A program made the translations under genes and the position numbers. From Tubiluchus corallicola (Eukaryota > Animalia > Priapulida), in assembly GCA_030141605.1 (NCBI GenBank), contig JAQGDQ010000060.1, positions 372,001-436,000 on the forward strand: a stretch of DNA of 64,000 bases, read 5' to 3'. Shown here piece after piece: positions 40,243 through 53,419 of this stretch (positions within the stretch are counted from its first letter, which is position 1; every line of letters starts with the position of its first letter). The notes under the pieces are model-generated. The model searched no databases. It worked only from the letters and a program-made list of their open reading frames with translations, and was not told the DNA's origin.

Positions 40243-40791
40243 GTTTCGTTTTAAAGCGTAGATGACTAGCGTCACTTCGGATATAACGAACTGTGACTGT
40301 CAATGAGCAGAGCAGAAGCAGTTGTAAAATTAAGTTATCCAAATCAGTGTTAAAAACACACTTGTTGTGCTTGATAAAGGTAGTCAGTATTAATGCTAAT
40401 TCAATTAATGCAAAACGCAAGTATGTATATATAAACCTGCACACGTGGATATAGATTGTAGAGATTGTAGACACTAAATATACTATTTATATATTTGACG
40501 GCTCCGCAAGGAAATACGTAGACCTTGGTTTACATTTTACAGTGGTTATATGAAAGTCTGTTAGCTCATGCTTTTGTGCTGAGAATGACAACAATCTGGC
40601 CCTTGTAAACAACGAGTTGTACTGACAATTGTTGTTACCTCAGTAGCACGTCAATAGAATGAACTTGTAAATATGCTTGTACTGATACTATGACTAGTTT
40701 ACAATATCGACTGTAGGAACATTTAATGAATTAGGAAACTTATTTTCCATGTATGAATTATTGTCTGCTATACAGATGTCTGAAAAACTGT

Positions 40792-41172
40792 CAATAAGCA
40801 TTTTAGCAGTTCCAGCGATTGTTGACGATCGTGAAAAGGTCAAAGGTTAAGTGTACGAAACAATGCATTTGTGTACAATTGACAACGCCTCTCAACCCAT
40901 GCTATTGTAACAGTAACAGTTTTTGGCAGATAGGTAGAACATTTGCTAGTTCATTTTTTCTCGTTCCCAAGCAGGATCCTGCTAGTAAATCACTCTATGT
41001 GCAGAGTAATGTCCATGTAAAACAACTAATGTTACTGAACTAATGCAGGAGATGGCTTTGCTTTACCTACACGTTACGTAACAGTTGTAGTTAAGACACG
41101 TTGCTGTAGAACACTTAACCTTTGACCTACAGCAACTGCGCGTGTACAACGAAATTGTGAAAAGGCTTATTG
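40792..41172 (+). mobile_element. Harbinger-like MITE, copy A
   Basis: TIR CAATAAGCATTTT / AAAAGGCTTATTG; internal inverted AGGTCAAAGGTTAAGTGT; inverted paralogue at 43429-43812. Confidence 0.75.
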
Positions 41173-42344
41173 TTATTACCTTAGTAGCATGGCAATAGAA
41201 TGAACTTGTAAATATTTTTGTACTACTGCTATGACTAGTTCACAGTCATTGTTCGTAGATCCATTTAATGAATTAGCAATCTTATTATCAGCTATACAAA
41301 CGTTTGAAAAAATGTCTACCCAATTCTACCTACATAACTCTCACTGGAAGTACCAAATGGCCTCCCAGACAAAAGAGTTGGCTGTGCAAACGTAAGCAGG
41401 TCATTCACACGTGAGCAAGTAATCATCTTCAAAACGATTAGTAAAAAAGCCCAATATAGAAAGTAAAATATTGACTTTTGATTAACTGTACCTATTGTCG
41501 CTAAGAATCGTTGTCGCATTACCTCCATAACATCTTTGGAAGCTGTCGGATACGGGAGAATTCCTCTAGTACCACTTGATGCTTGTAACATTAACCTTAT
41601 TGGAGCTTGTAATGTTTTGGGTAGCAGTTTCGAGAGTGGAATTATTCGACTGCTGCTATCTCACACGCCATCAGCCAAACAGTAATACACCATCTGCAAT
41701 TAAAGGAAACAGTTTTTTGCGATAAGAACAACAATTTTAGCTCGTTAGGGATGCCTGCGCGAGGAAGATGCCGTGGCAAAAATGGGATTTTAGCCGAACA
41801 AGTTCTGGAAACTTCTCGCGTTACAGCACATGCGTGAACGTTTAGGTAAAGTCATGGAAGACCCCAGATTTTTCATCTAAATAAGAATAATTGTAAAACC
41901 AAAAGACATCTGGCAGACGTCAGTGAGCACAACTGAAAAAAAATTTCCAAGGATTGACACATAGAAACAATGTTGCAGAGGTGATGGCTGAAATACGTAA
42001 AGACTGGAGAAAATTTTACAAAGAAAATTATAAATCAAAGTCTATGTTGACTAACGAGACATCCTATAAATGGCTGAAATACGTAAAGGAGTTGACAACC
42101 TAGAAAATCCTGGTTAAATAGTCTCGAGACGAAGCCAGAAAATCCAAATTTAGACCATCAGTTAATGACCACCGTCTTGAACAATCGAGTTTTCAAATTC
42201 AGATGCCCAAAACAAGTAAGAGGCATGTTCTGTTTTCTTTTTAAAAATGATATCATGTAAAAAAATCAGATTAAAACGTTCAGGTATTATTTAATGATGC
42301 GAGGACACGTTATGATTCGAATAAAACCTCAACAGACTTCGAAG

Positions 42345-42553
42345 GGTGACGTGTGACAGTGACGTGACGTGTGACAGCGACGTGTGACAAACGTGTATGT
42401 ATGCATTGTCAACACTTGCACAACGGAGACGCGCATACGTCACACGTCACGTGACGTGTGACAGCGACGTGTGACAAACGTGTATGTATGCATTGTCAAC
42501 ACTTGCACAACGAGACGGCCATACGCCACGGAAACGTAAATAAATCTGCCTTA
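42345..42553. repeat. about 87-bp duplication rich in GTGACGT/CACGT motifs, probably a MITE remnant
   Basis: GTGACGTGTGACAGCGACGTGTGACAAACGTGTATGTATGCATTGTCAACACTTGCACAACG occurs twice. Confidence 0.75.
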
Positions 42554-42765
42554 AATATAGAAATTGTCGGTAATTTTAGACGTCTGTACTCATTAGTAGC
42601 GCCCACATGCATTTTCAGCAAAGAAAAATAAGCAAAAGTAATGCCGGCTGCTATCCAAATATGGCCGCTGTCGAAGAGAAGTGTGATATCTAAACATTAA
42701 CGTGCACGTGTAGTAGTTAGAGTCTGCATGGCAACTGCCTGTAGTATGATTATTTTAATATTCTC

Positions 42766-43317
<552 letters not shown>

Positions 43318-43428
43318 TTTATCTAATAAATTGGAGATATGTTGTTTGTTAATGATGTCTGATAGTGTGGCCTTATAGTTCTCTAAACAAATGTCAAAAA
43401 TAAACGTAAAGCTGCTGAGTAGGCTAAG

Positions 43429-43812
43429 CAATAAGCTCTTTCACAGTTTCGTTGTGCGCATGCGTAGTTGCTGCAGGTCAAAGGTGAAGTGTACCACAGC
43501 AACGCGTCTACAACCGTCACGTGACGTGTGGGTAAAGCAAAGCATCAGTTCAGTAACTTCAGTTGTTTTACCTGCACTTTACTTAATAATTGTGCATTAG
43601 TCTGTGTGTAGAGTGATTTACTAGCAGAATCTTGCTTGGGAACAAGAAAAAATGAACTAGGTAAGGTTCCAGCTACCTGTTAAAACTGTTACTATTACAC
43701 TAGCATGGGTTGCGAGGCATTGTCAAGTGTACACAATGCGTTGTTTGGTACACTTAACCTTTGACCTTTTCACGATCATCATCAATCGCTGGAACTGTTA
43801 AAATGCTTACTA
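43429..43812 (-). mobile_element. Harbinger-like MITE, copy B (inverted)
   Basis: Reverse complement colinear with 40792-41172. Confidence 0.75.
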
Positions 43813-44544
43813 GTTTTGGGGACTAACAGATTATAATTAAAGGAGCTCGTTAGACGGTCATCATACTGTACATATTTTGTACTCTGGATGTTTTTATAAA
43901 TGTTTCCTGTAGGCTGCGGTATGACAAAGTTTTGCCACTTCTATCATACCAGGTTCCTAATGGCCTTTTAAGAAACATTTTGGATTTCAAAGCTCAGCTG
44001 GTTTCTCAACTATTAACTACTCAGCAGACCAACAGACTAAAAAACAAGATCTACGCATTGCAGAACCTAACGAATAGAAAAATATGATGTCCTGTGAAGA
44101 AGGCACAATAAACGAAACTTGTTAATTACAGCAGATACTAACATTCCATTCCATAATGCTGTTATCAGAGTTTGTTCACTACAATCAAAGAATCTCTAAA
44201 ACAGTTCCTTGGTTTTAAGTCTTATTCTTATTTTTGTGTTTCGGTGCGATAGGTTTTTTACGACAGTTTTTTTCGCAGTTTTCGACTTCTTTGTCCATGC
44301 TGGTAGCAAAATCTCGATTGCCAATGTTCAGTTATCTAGTTCAAAGTCCAAAAATAAAACAACAGTATACCATGTGCTATCAAAGTCCAAAATCACAGCC
44401 TGTCAAGTAGTGTGCAAACATGAAACCATAGCAAGTTAGAGTGCGAAGCTGAACATTAAAGGTAAAGAACAAAAAATAAAATCAGAGATAATAAAAAGAG
44501 ACGCCTTGAAATGTGATTTTTACTTCACTTCCTATATTCTATAT

Positions 44545-44805
44545 TTAGATTTAGACTTGTTTATTCATCAATTTAGCACAATACAAAAATAAAAGCTTTA
44601 AAATTACAAATGTGCACAGCAGAAGAAATTAACTTATGGCTACGCTCAGCATGGATAAGATTAAATTAATGGCATAAACAACAACAGCAAAAAATATGTT
44701 AAATGGAGCGAAGCAAACAGATGCGAGAAAACGATAATGACAATGTTGATGATGATGATGATGATGACGGCAACGATGGTGATATTAATGCTGATGACAA
44801 TGGTG
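44545..44805. repeat. dispersed repeat, copy 2
   Basis: Colinear with 29430-29692. Confidence 0.85.
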
Positions 44806-45186
44806 ATAGTGATGACAATGATAATGAATTGATGCTAATGGCGATAACGATGCTAATCTACATTAGATTGGATTATTTTATTTTACCTCCTAAATGCACG
44901 ATAAATATAAAAAAAACATGATGCACACTCATCAACAAAAGAGATTAGAACAGTTTGGGAAAAGGTGGCGATAAAACCATATAGGTTACCAAATCAGCCA
45001 GATTAAACAAGTGATTTTACACAACACAAGATACCAATTTTTGTATGGAAAGGACGTAATTAGTTTCCCAATGCTGCTCTCTAAATGACACTTTATTGAA
45101 TTAATAAAAAAACAGCCAAAACTTTAAAATGCAACGCTGATAAAGAAATCGCTTAAAATTAATTAGCATATTAAGGTATCGTAAGC

Positions 45187-45325
45187 AGTTTACAATTCCG
45201 ATCACAATTTAAATACCAATATCCTAACACTAGCCCTAACCCTAGTCGCAACTCTAATCTTAATCCTAACCCTAATCCTAATCCGCTTCACGAACTGATT
45301 TCTCATGTGTGGGGAATTGTAAACT
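45187..45325. mobile_element. small fold-back element with degenerate CCCTAA core
   Basis: Perfect 13-bp IR AGTTTACAATTCC / GGAATTGTAAACT enclosing CCTAAC/CCTAAT hexamers. Confidence 0.65.
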
Positions 45326-45704
45326 TTAGCCAATGTGTCATACTGCATGAGTTACATCTCTTGTTCAGGGAGGGTGCAGTGAAGTCACCTCTACAAATTT
45401 AATGTCTCTCCCTCCCCATTATTGTTGGTAATTGTAAGACCGGTAAGTGCTGGACGCTGGCCAGCAGCATTCCAAAATTTCACGTGAAAATGATCAATAT
45501 AGACTCTACAATGGCTATCCAAGTACACGATGAAATTGAAACTGCTAAAATTTGGAAGGTGGTATTAAGCTAAACCGCTTAAGGAATCAAATAAATAACA
45601 ACAACAAAAGCAAACAATTATTCAGAATATCCAACTACAATGTGAGATGAGGACAGTTGAAAACCTTTGCAACCTATATGACCACTTGACCGATGGCCGA
45701 ATAA

Positions 45705-45950
45705 ACTGAATGGCTCAGCTGGTGAAAGTGAACCAGACTGAAATCGGAGTGTTTTCTGCAGACAAGAGCAGTATATCCCGAGTGTGAACCCACAGGGCTC
45801 ACGTTTACATTATCCAATGCTGGAATTCTTCAGCTAAGATAAATGTTTACTTAACAAGTTCAGCGGAGGCTACCAGGAAAAGAGGTTCCGGATCCAGTCA
45901 CGTAGCCATTATTAGCAGCAAGAACAAAATGGCTGCCATAGTGAGCTTCT
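45705..45950 (+). mobile_element. possible degenerate tRNA-related SINE
   Basis: A-box-like TGGCTCAGCTGG near 45711 and B-box-like GAGTGTGAACCC near 45780. Confidence 0.3.
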
Positions 45951-46262
45951 ATTTAAACACTGTGTCAGGATATCAAGTTACATTCATTATGTAGCAGCGA
46001 GCCATACAATTTATTTAACCATGTAACCATGCTAACAAATAATCCGGAACTTAACAAATTAATGTCAGTGTAACAAACGTGACACACTTTTGCAGGTGGC
46101 AGGTAGTCAGCCAATTATGAGCAGGAATACATATTGGCAAACCTATCCTGATCATCAATATAAATTTGTCAATCAATCCCGATTATGAATATAAGCATAC
46201 ATCTATGAAATATATTGTGATCTTTGCCATAACAGGTTGTCTGTTAACGGACCCTCGTTATG

Positions 46263-46500
46263 AGCCAATTAAGATCATTAAAACAAAATTATGACTATTA
46301 ACCAATCCTCAATATCAGCCAATCACGATCATTAAAACAAAATTATGACTATTAACCGATCCTTAATATCAGCCAATCACGATCATTAAAACAAAATTAT
46401 GACTATTAACCGATCCTCAATATCAGCCAATCACGATCATTAAAACAAAATGATGACTATTAACCGATCCTCAATATCAGCCAATCTCGATAATTAAAAT
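46263..46500. repeat. 54-bp tandem repeat, about 4.4 copies, each with a CCAAT box
   Basis: AGCCAAT at 46263, 46317, 46371, 46425, 46479. Confidence 0.95.
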
Positions 46501-46868
46501 GGGTAATTATTTAATTAGAAAACACTGTGTGGGTATCTATTCCCATGAGGCCCTAATTATTAACCTTATATATTTATTATTATTATTTATGTTGCTTATG
46601 GTTAATCTAGGGCTGAGCATATGTTTCAAACTCTATACAAATTTCGAGCATATCCAGTAATTAATTTTCATAGATCCATCTATGCACTGATCTTACCCCA
46701 ATTTAGTGGGTCACTAGTCGCTTTGTTCCTTGTGTATAGCTTAACTTCTATTAAAAGTGAATTGAAGTTAACCACTATTAAAAAATCTATATAATTCGTT
46801 AAAGTACCTGGCTGTAATATAACTTTTCAAATTTTATGTGCACAGAGTGTAAAATTGTTGCATTAGAA

Positions 46869-47440
46869 TTACTGTTTTAGCACCATTTTTATCAGCCATC
46901 CATACTTGTCACACATACATATATATTTTTCAACACTTGTAATGTATTTAATTTATTGTATACATTATACTGTTTTAGTACCAATTTTATGTGTTATCCA
47001 TACTTGTCACACTTATATATATTTTTCAACACTTGTAATGTATTTAATTTATTGTATACATTATACTGTTTTAGTACCAATTTTATCTGTTATCCATACT
47101 TGTCACACTTATATATATTTTTCAACACTTGTAATGTACTTAATTTATAGTATACATTACTGTTTTAGTACCAATTTTATCTGTTATCCATACTTGTCAC
47201 ACTTATATATATTTTTCAACACTTGTAATGTATTTAATTTATTGTATACATTACTGTTTTAGTACCAATTTTATCTGTTATCCATACTTGTCACACTTAT
47301 ACATATATTTTTTTCAACACTTGTAATGTACTTAATTTATTGTATACATTACTGTTTTAGTACCAATTTTATCTGTTATCCATACTTGTCACACATATAT
47401 ATATTTTTAAACACTTGTAATGTACTTAATTTATTGTATC
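46869..47440. repeat. 94-98-bp tandem repeat, 6 copies
   Basis: CTGTTTTAG recurs at 46872, 46970, 47066, 47160, 47254, 47352; followed by a T-rich tail and AATAAA near 47519 (LINE 3' UTR-like). Confidence 0.95.
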
Positions 47441-48198
47441 TTCGTGTGTTTGTCTACTAACTCTGTTTATTCATTGTCTTTATGTTATTATTGTATTGTG
47501 TGAAATGTATTATGCACAAAATAAACGGTATAATGTATAGGCTTATTACCATAGATGCATTCGGAAATAGTAGGCTATTCTACACATTACATTGAAGCAC
47601 GAATACCTATAATTTATAGGCTTATTACTTCAGATGTATTTGGAAATGGCAGGGTATACCATACATTACAATGAATTGCAAATACGTCACAAGAGATTGG
47701 CCTTTCGTTAAAAACTAAATACAACAGAGATGACTTAATAGTTATAGAGAAACAGCACAGGATTTTTTTTTAATTTCTGAATTCCAAGATTTTAGAAGCG
47801 GACGCATTTGATGTAAAGCGCCTTACTAGTCTGATCATATCAAGCAGGCATGTTGCACAGATGTTTTTCGTCAGCTTCTCTGTCAGTACCACATTTACAC
47901 CCAATTTCACCGGCTTCCAAAACGTCAGCAAGCAATGTAATCTGCTCAATAACAAATCGGTGTGTGTCGAAGAATTAGCTTGTGTGATGTTTTACTCTCG
48001 TCATATCTATCTAATACCAAACTGTCAGTGTTTAGCATCAAAGTGTGAGTGACAGTCATGCCTCGTGCAGCCAACGAAGCAACTACCTCTCAACACTGCC
48101 AGCTGCATTTGTAGTTTAAGAAAGTTACACTAGGAACAACATGACCAGGTTATATGATGGGCTGGTGTAGGCTGTCCCTCAAGTAAAATTTGGTACAA

Positions 48199-48557
48199 CG
48201 GGACCAGATTATATGATAGGCTGGTGTAGGCTGCAGCACCTAGGGCCCCTCAAATAAAATTTGGTAAAATAATTTGTTCACCTACAGTTGTGTGAAATAT
48301 GCATTTCAATAAATTATAAAAATAGTGGTATTTCTTAAAGAATATTTTACTGAGAAGCAAAAGGTAGATATTCTGTTTTTTTTTAAAAAAATGCAATAAG
48401 TTTACTATGTAAATGTTGCTAAAACATATCGCGAGTAAAAAATATTCAAGACGGATTGTGCGAGTTAGAACGTGGCTCCACCAGAGGAAAGCCCCATAGA
48501 GGCTACAAAAGGTCATAATACATAAGGCAAAAGGCCATAAGGTCTAATCCTCCAATG
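48199..48557 (+). mobile_element. hAT-like MITE, copy 3, with duplicated left end
   Basis: CGGGACCAGATTA..ATAGGCT..TAGGCTGCAGCACCTAGGGCCC resembles the 14199 end; partial duplicate at about 48141-48198. Confidence 0.55.
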
Positions 48558-49054
48558 ACAGGGTTAAGATCCATGTATTTGACATATTTTCCTTTAACAC
48601 TGGATAGGTGCTTACTAAATTTGTTAATAGAAATCTAAAACTTACATAAGTTACATACCTTTCTCAATTTCATTCTTACCTAATGAATAATTGCCAGTTC
48701 TTGTAATCGTGTGCCTATGGAATGTATAAATGATGTATCTACTCTTTGAAATGCTTTTATATAGGTTATATCTGTTAGCCAATCATCGTTTGATTAACTG
48801 CCCATTGTTTTCATGATAAATGTACCTATGATTGCACATTTCATGTTGTCTGTCAAATAAAAATATTGTTTAAACTAATAGAAACCTAACACAAAAATTT
48901 TTATTAATAAAAACTTACACAGATGCAAAGTCATATTATTAATATTAATATTATTATATACAATAATATATACTTCTTTAAAAGAAGCAGCTTTTCTTGA
49001 ATGAAAACACCTTACATTTAAATGAGATGGCCACAAGCTTCATGGGCCAACACC

Positions 49055-49467
49055 TAGGGTTACCATAAGTCCAGGTTTCCCCGGACACGTCCTCTTTTTG
49101 GACCTCTGTCCGGGCGGGTTTTCAAAAAATCGGTAGTTTGTCCGGGTTTTGCCTCAATCCGTAAGTATGTACGGACGTTGTCAACTGCAGAGGCGTACGA
49201 CAGTACGATACAAAGAAAAGCTCGTTAATTTTCAATACAAGAAGCTGCTAACATCTCAAAATGCGATTCCTGAGAGCCAAGAAGCAGGCGACTGACAGTT
49301 GCAGTGTGTTAATGTTTTTTGCAGTACAGCCATTTGGTATTGCTATTAGAATACATGTAGGCCTATTTGTATAATTTGCATTGTTTTAATAGACCGGTCA
49401 TTTTTGCCTACTTACAAGTGTGCGAAAAAGTGTCCTCTTTTTCAACTCAGACAATATAGTAACCCTG
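49055..49467. mobile_element. hAT (Blackjack-like) MITE with perfect 8-bp TSD
   Basis: TIR TAGGGTTACCATA / TATAGTAACCCTG; TSD CCAACACC at 49047-49054 and 49468-49475; subterminal GTCCTCTTTTT and TGTCCGGG motifs. Confidence 0.92.
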
Positions 49468-50665
49468 CCAACACCAGGAGAATAACTTACAATGACGCTG
49501 CTAACTTACGAAATCCTGGAAGCCAACAAAAAAGGGTTGAACAATCCAGAACGGCTAGCTTTTTAGCGTAACACTTTCTAAAGAGGTTATAAGGAGGAAA
49601 TGCGCACAAGGACACCCAACCAATGTTGGAATGAAAACAGACAAGAATAATATTAACAGAAAACGAATGTGCAGACAAGAAAAACAAGATATCCTGAGAA
49701 AATACCATCTGTTGCCAACCGACAAAGAGGTAAGCCAGTTGAAAATTGAAAGCAATGGTAGTTTTGCAAAGGGCGTAGTAAAGTGATTTTAGTTCACTCA
49801 CAGTTGGAACAAAACATGATTTTCAGTGCCTCAGAATCGAACAAAGGGACTATCATTAGCAAACACTTTTAATGATACATAATTATATATGTGCATGATG
49901 TATGACATACACGATGTATAGAGATACATGATGTATAGAAATAATGCTTAGAGATACATGAGTCTAATGTGTATGCATGCATCAGCAACTCAGGGAAATA
50001 ATTATCATTAAGCGCATCTGTATAGAACTTTAATTAAAGTTCATTTTTATTACAGGTACTTAACGCAAAATTTATAGTGAAAAAACAATGCAACTTTGTC
50101 AAAACTTTTACTTTACATATGCTTTTAAGTGCCGATAATAAAAATTGAACTTTAATTCATTTTTAATAATTGCACGAATAGTGTACTGGTCATTTTCTAT
50201 TCATCTTTAGCAAAAATGTAGAGAATTTGCTTCAATTCAATCTTAAGATCATTAAACTGTTAAATTAAAGATGCAGAATAAAGATGCTTTAAGGCGAAAA
50301 GAGCAAAATTACCCATTATTTGTTTACTGCAAAAGCAAATTTAAAGTGCATCCTTCACCCTGATCGAAACGCAGATTATTATTACTATTATAATTCTTTA
50401 TTTAAAATTACACACATGTACAATATTTACAAATATGCAATACAGTGGCCCTCTACTTGCACGGTATTATTGTTATCTGACATTTAAAAAGACTTTTATA
50501 CATAAAAATAGCTGTCACATTCATAAAACTTTAATATACCAATAGATCACGGGTTTCGTTCCTCTATATTAATATAAAAAAACGAATAAAATCCATTAGC
50601 ACGGCTTTACACATAATCTCAAAGTATAATATAAAATATAATATAAAAGTATAGTATAAAAAGCA

Positions 50666-50954
50666 TAATCTAAAAGTACCCGTATAATCTAAAAGTACCC
50701 GTACAATCTAAAAGTACCCGTACAATCTAAAAGTACCCGTACAATCTGAAAGTACCCGTACAATCTAAAAGTACCCGTACAATCTAAAAGTACCCGTACA
50801 ATCTAAAAGTACCCGTACAATCTAAAAGTACCCGTACAATCTAAAAGTACCCGTACAATCTAAAAGTACTCGTACAATCTAAAAGTACCCGTACAATCTA
50901 AAAGTACCCGTACAATCTAAATAACCCGTACAATCTAAAAGTACCCGTAAAATC
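50666..50954. repeat. 19-bp minisatellite, about 15 copies
   Basis: Unit AATCTAAAAGTACCCGTAC. Confidence 0.97.
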
Positions 50955-52019
50955 TTAAAGTGACTAGAAACAAAAAAATCAGATGTACAGAAATTTGTTC
51001 TGTTTCGCAAAGTTTAATAATTTATAGTAAAGTATGCAAAAATGGATCACAAACTCACTCAGTAAAAGCATCTAGCAGGTTTTTGTCACAAGTTGTTGCA
51101 GAGCTGCAGATTGTTGCTTATTTACAGTTTTGTACTAATATTTACTAGTAAACGAGTGTCCCGAAAGAGGAAATTTATTCATAGATCAATGGAAGAAAAC
51201 CTCGGTAGCTAACAAGAGGATAAAACGCATCATCTGACGTGATGCATTATTAATAGCGAACCTTTAAACCAATCAAATATTTACAAATTTATCTACGTTT
51301 CACACGAATGCTTCCGCTGCCATCAATTTTTGATTGTCCACTTACAACTGCAGAGAATGGTGCTTATAGTTCGCTTTGCAAAAAGATTCTTTACTGCTAG
51401 CAGTAATAAAAAATGGTAATATAACAAACGGGCTTTAAAGAAATTTATTAGTAACTTGCATTAAGCTATCGTATTCAGGGCCGGATCCCTAAGCACACCC
51501 AGCACCTGGTGCCCGGCTACAAACTCCATTGCTATGGGATTTATACAATAATGCAACATTATATATAAAATAAACTCTATTGCTCCATATAGGATTTATA
51601 CAAATTATGCAACATTATATATAAAACAAACTCCTATGGGATTTATGCCACTCAAATTCTTTATTGACTTCAAAATAAAAGATTTATTAAATAAATAAGC
51701 TACAAAAAGGTATGATGCGTGTCAACAGGAAAAAACCCGGAATGGTTTAAAACACCACATTAAAATGGATGAGCCATTGATCACAAAACTTCCTGCTCTA
51801 GAACCTTACCTAATGGCTGCTGCAGATGTTGTGGTTACAGTGTTGCCAGGTTGCCATGTTGAAAATGTTGTGATAAAAGTTGAAAATCCTACTATGATGC
51901 TATGTAACTATGTAAGACAATTATCACAAGGTGCATCATTCTCCTGTAGCCCCCCCCCTCACATTTTAAAATGTGAAGCGTATGGGAATACATATATATG
52001 TGTAAATAACTGTAATACT

Positions 52020-52045
52020 GTATGTATATAATATATAATGTTATG

Positions 52046-52076
<31 letters not shown>

Positions 52077-52085
52077 TATATATTT

Positions 52086-52141
<56 letters not shown>

Positions 52142-52270
52142 TATATCTATATAACTACAACTATACATACATACATACATACATACATACATACATACAT
52201 ACATACATACATACATACATACATACATACATACATACATACATACATACATACATACATACATACATAC
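52020..52270. repeat. (TA)n and (TACA)n microsatellites
   Basis: Direct inspection. Confidence 0.97.
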
Positions 52271-53419
52271 ACGAAATAAACAAACAGATCAACAAGCAAA
52301 ATGACATTAATTAACAAGATTAGTAAGTGAGAGAAAGATACGTTAGTATGGCGTACAACTCATACCTGTCAAAAAAGAGTACGTTCTACAGCACATGTAA
52401 CTTCTTTAATGAAATTTACAGTCTGTATTTGTTCTTCCCTAACATTACTTCTTACTTCTAATGTACAGGAAAAAATTTTAGAAAGAAAATCTTCATTTGT
52501 GTAAAATGTTTTGCACCGTTACAAATAGATATAAGTTAATCCAGCCCTGGCCATGCTATTTTCCAAGTTTTAAATTTGTGAAAACGCTTGTAAAAGTTCT
52601 TTTTTGTGAGTTCAGTTCACAAATCATTTTAAGTATCTGAAAAACTGTCAGAGAGAAAACATGTCAAGCAACTCTGTAACAAGAAAGGAAGATGTAAACA
52701 CAAGAGGCACTCAACGAAAAATTATTTTGGCAAGTGGAAATCCACAACAGCTCATAAAAAACTAAGAATTAAAAATACAGGTAGTGCAAAAGAGTAACAC
52801 TGCCTTTTGCAAGACATTTCAATCTTAACCTTTCTTAATTAAAAGGTAACATTTACATTCACTGCATAGTACAATAAATTATGTAATATCTGTCCATCTG
52901 CAGTAATTAGATAGCCTATGGAGAAAAGCTGAACAAATTTACCTTGCGTTTATTAATGATACCTGTAGATCACGTTAAATTATGACACGCTGGCTGCATT
53001 TGTGATCTGCAATTTTTTAGCATAAGCCATACAACGACAGTTGATGAAAGTAAACTAACACGTGGCTTCTTATTGTTGACGCAATGCTTATGTTTCTGTT
53101 ACATCATTTTTACAGAAAAGTTATTTTGATTTTACAGTGATCGCATGGCTTCTTATCACATGACGGAGAAAGCAATTTCTCCTCAAAATTTAGTCATGGT
53201 TACAAACCCGGCACTCACTCAATCAGCAAATATATGATATGGTATATAGGGGTAATGTCAGCCATCCACTAATCTCGACCATCTAGTTTTTATACACTCA
53301 AATTAGGTCACGTGACCTAGACATGTTTTTATAGAATATATAAAATACTTATATAGTATTTATAAAATATTAATTCAAATACTAGGTAAATCATTGAAAA
53401 AATCTAAATCTGGCCAACA

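Noticed and set aside
41316-41591. ORF ending MITCSRV...SYVGRIG, suggestive of a GIY-YIG nuclease
   Set aside because: Motif spacing is wrong and the conserved downstream Arg/Glu context is missing.
51476-52549. Single hAT element bounded by CAGGGCCGGATC and TAATCCAGCCCTG
   Set aside because: No matching 8-bp TSD; the ends may belong to separate relics.
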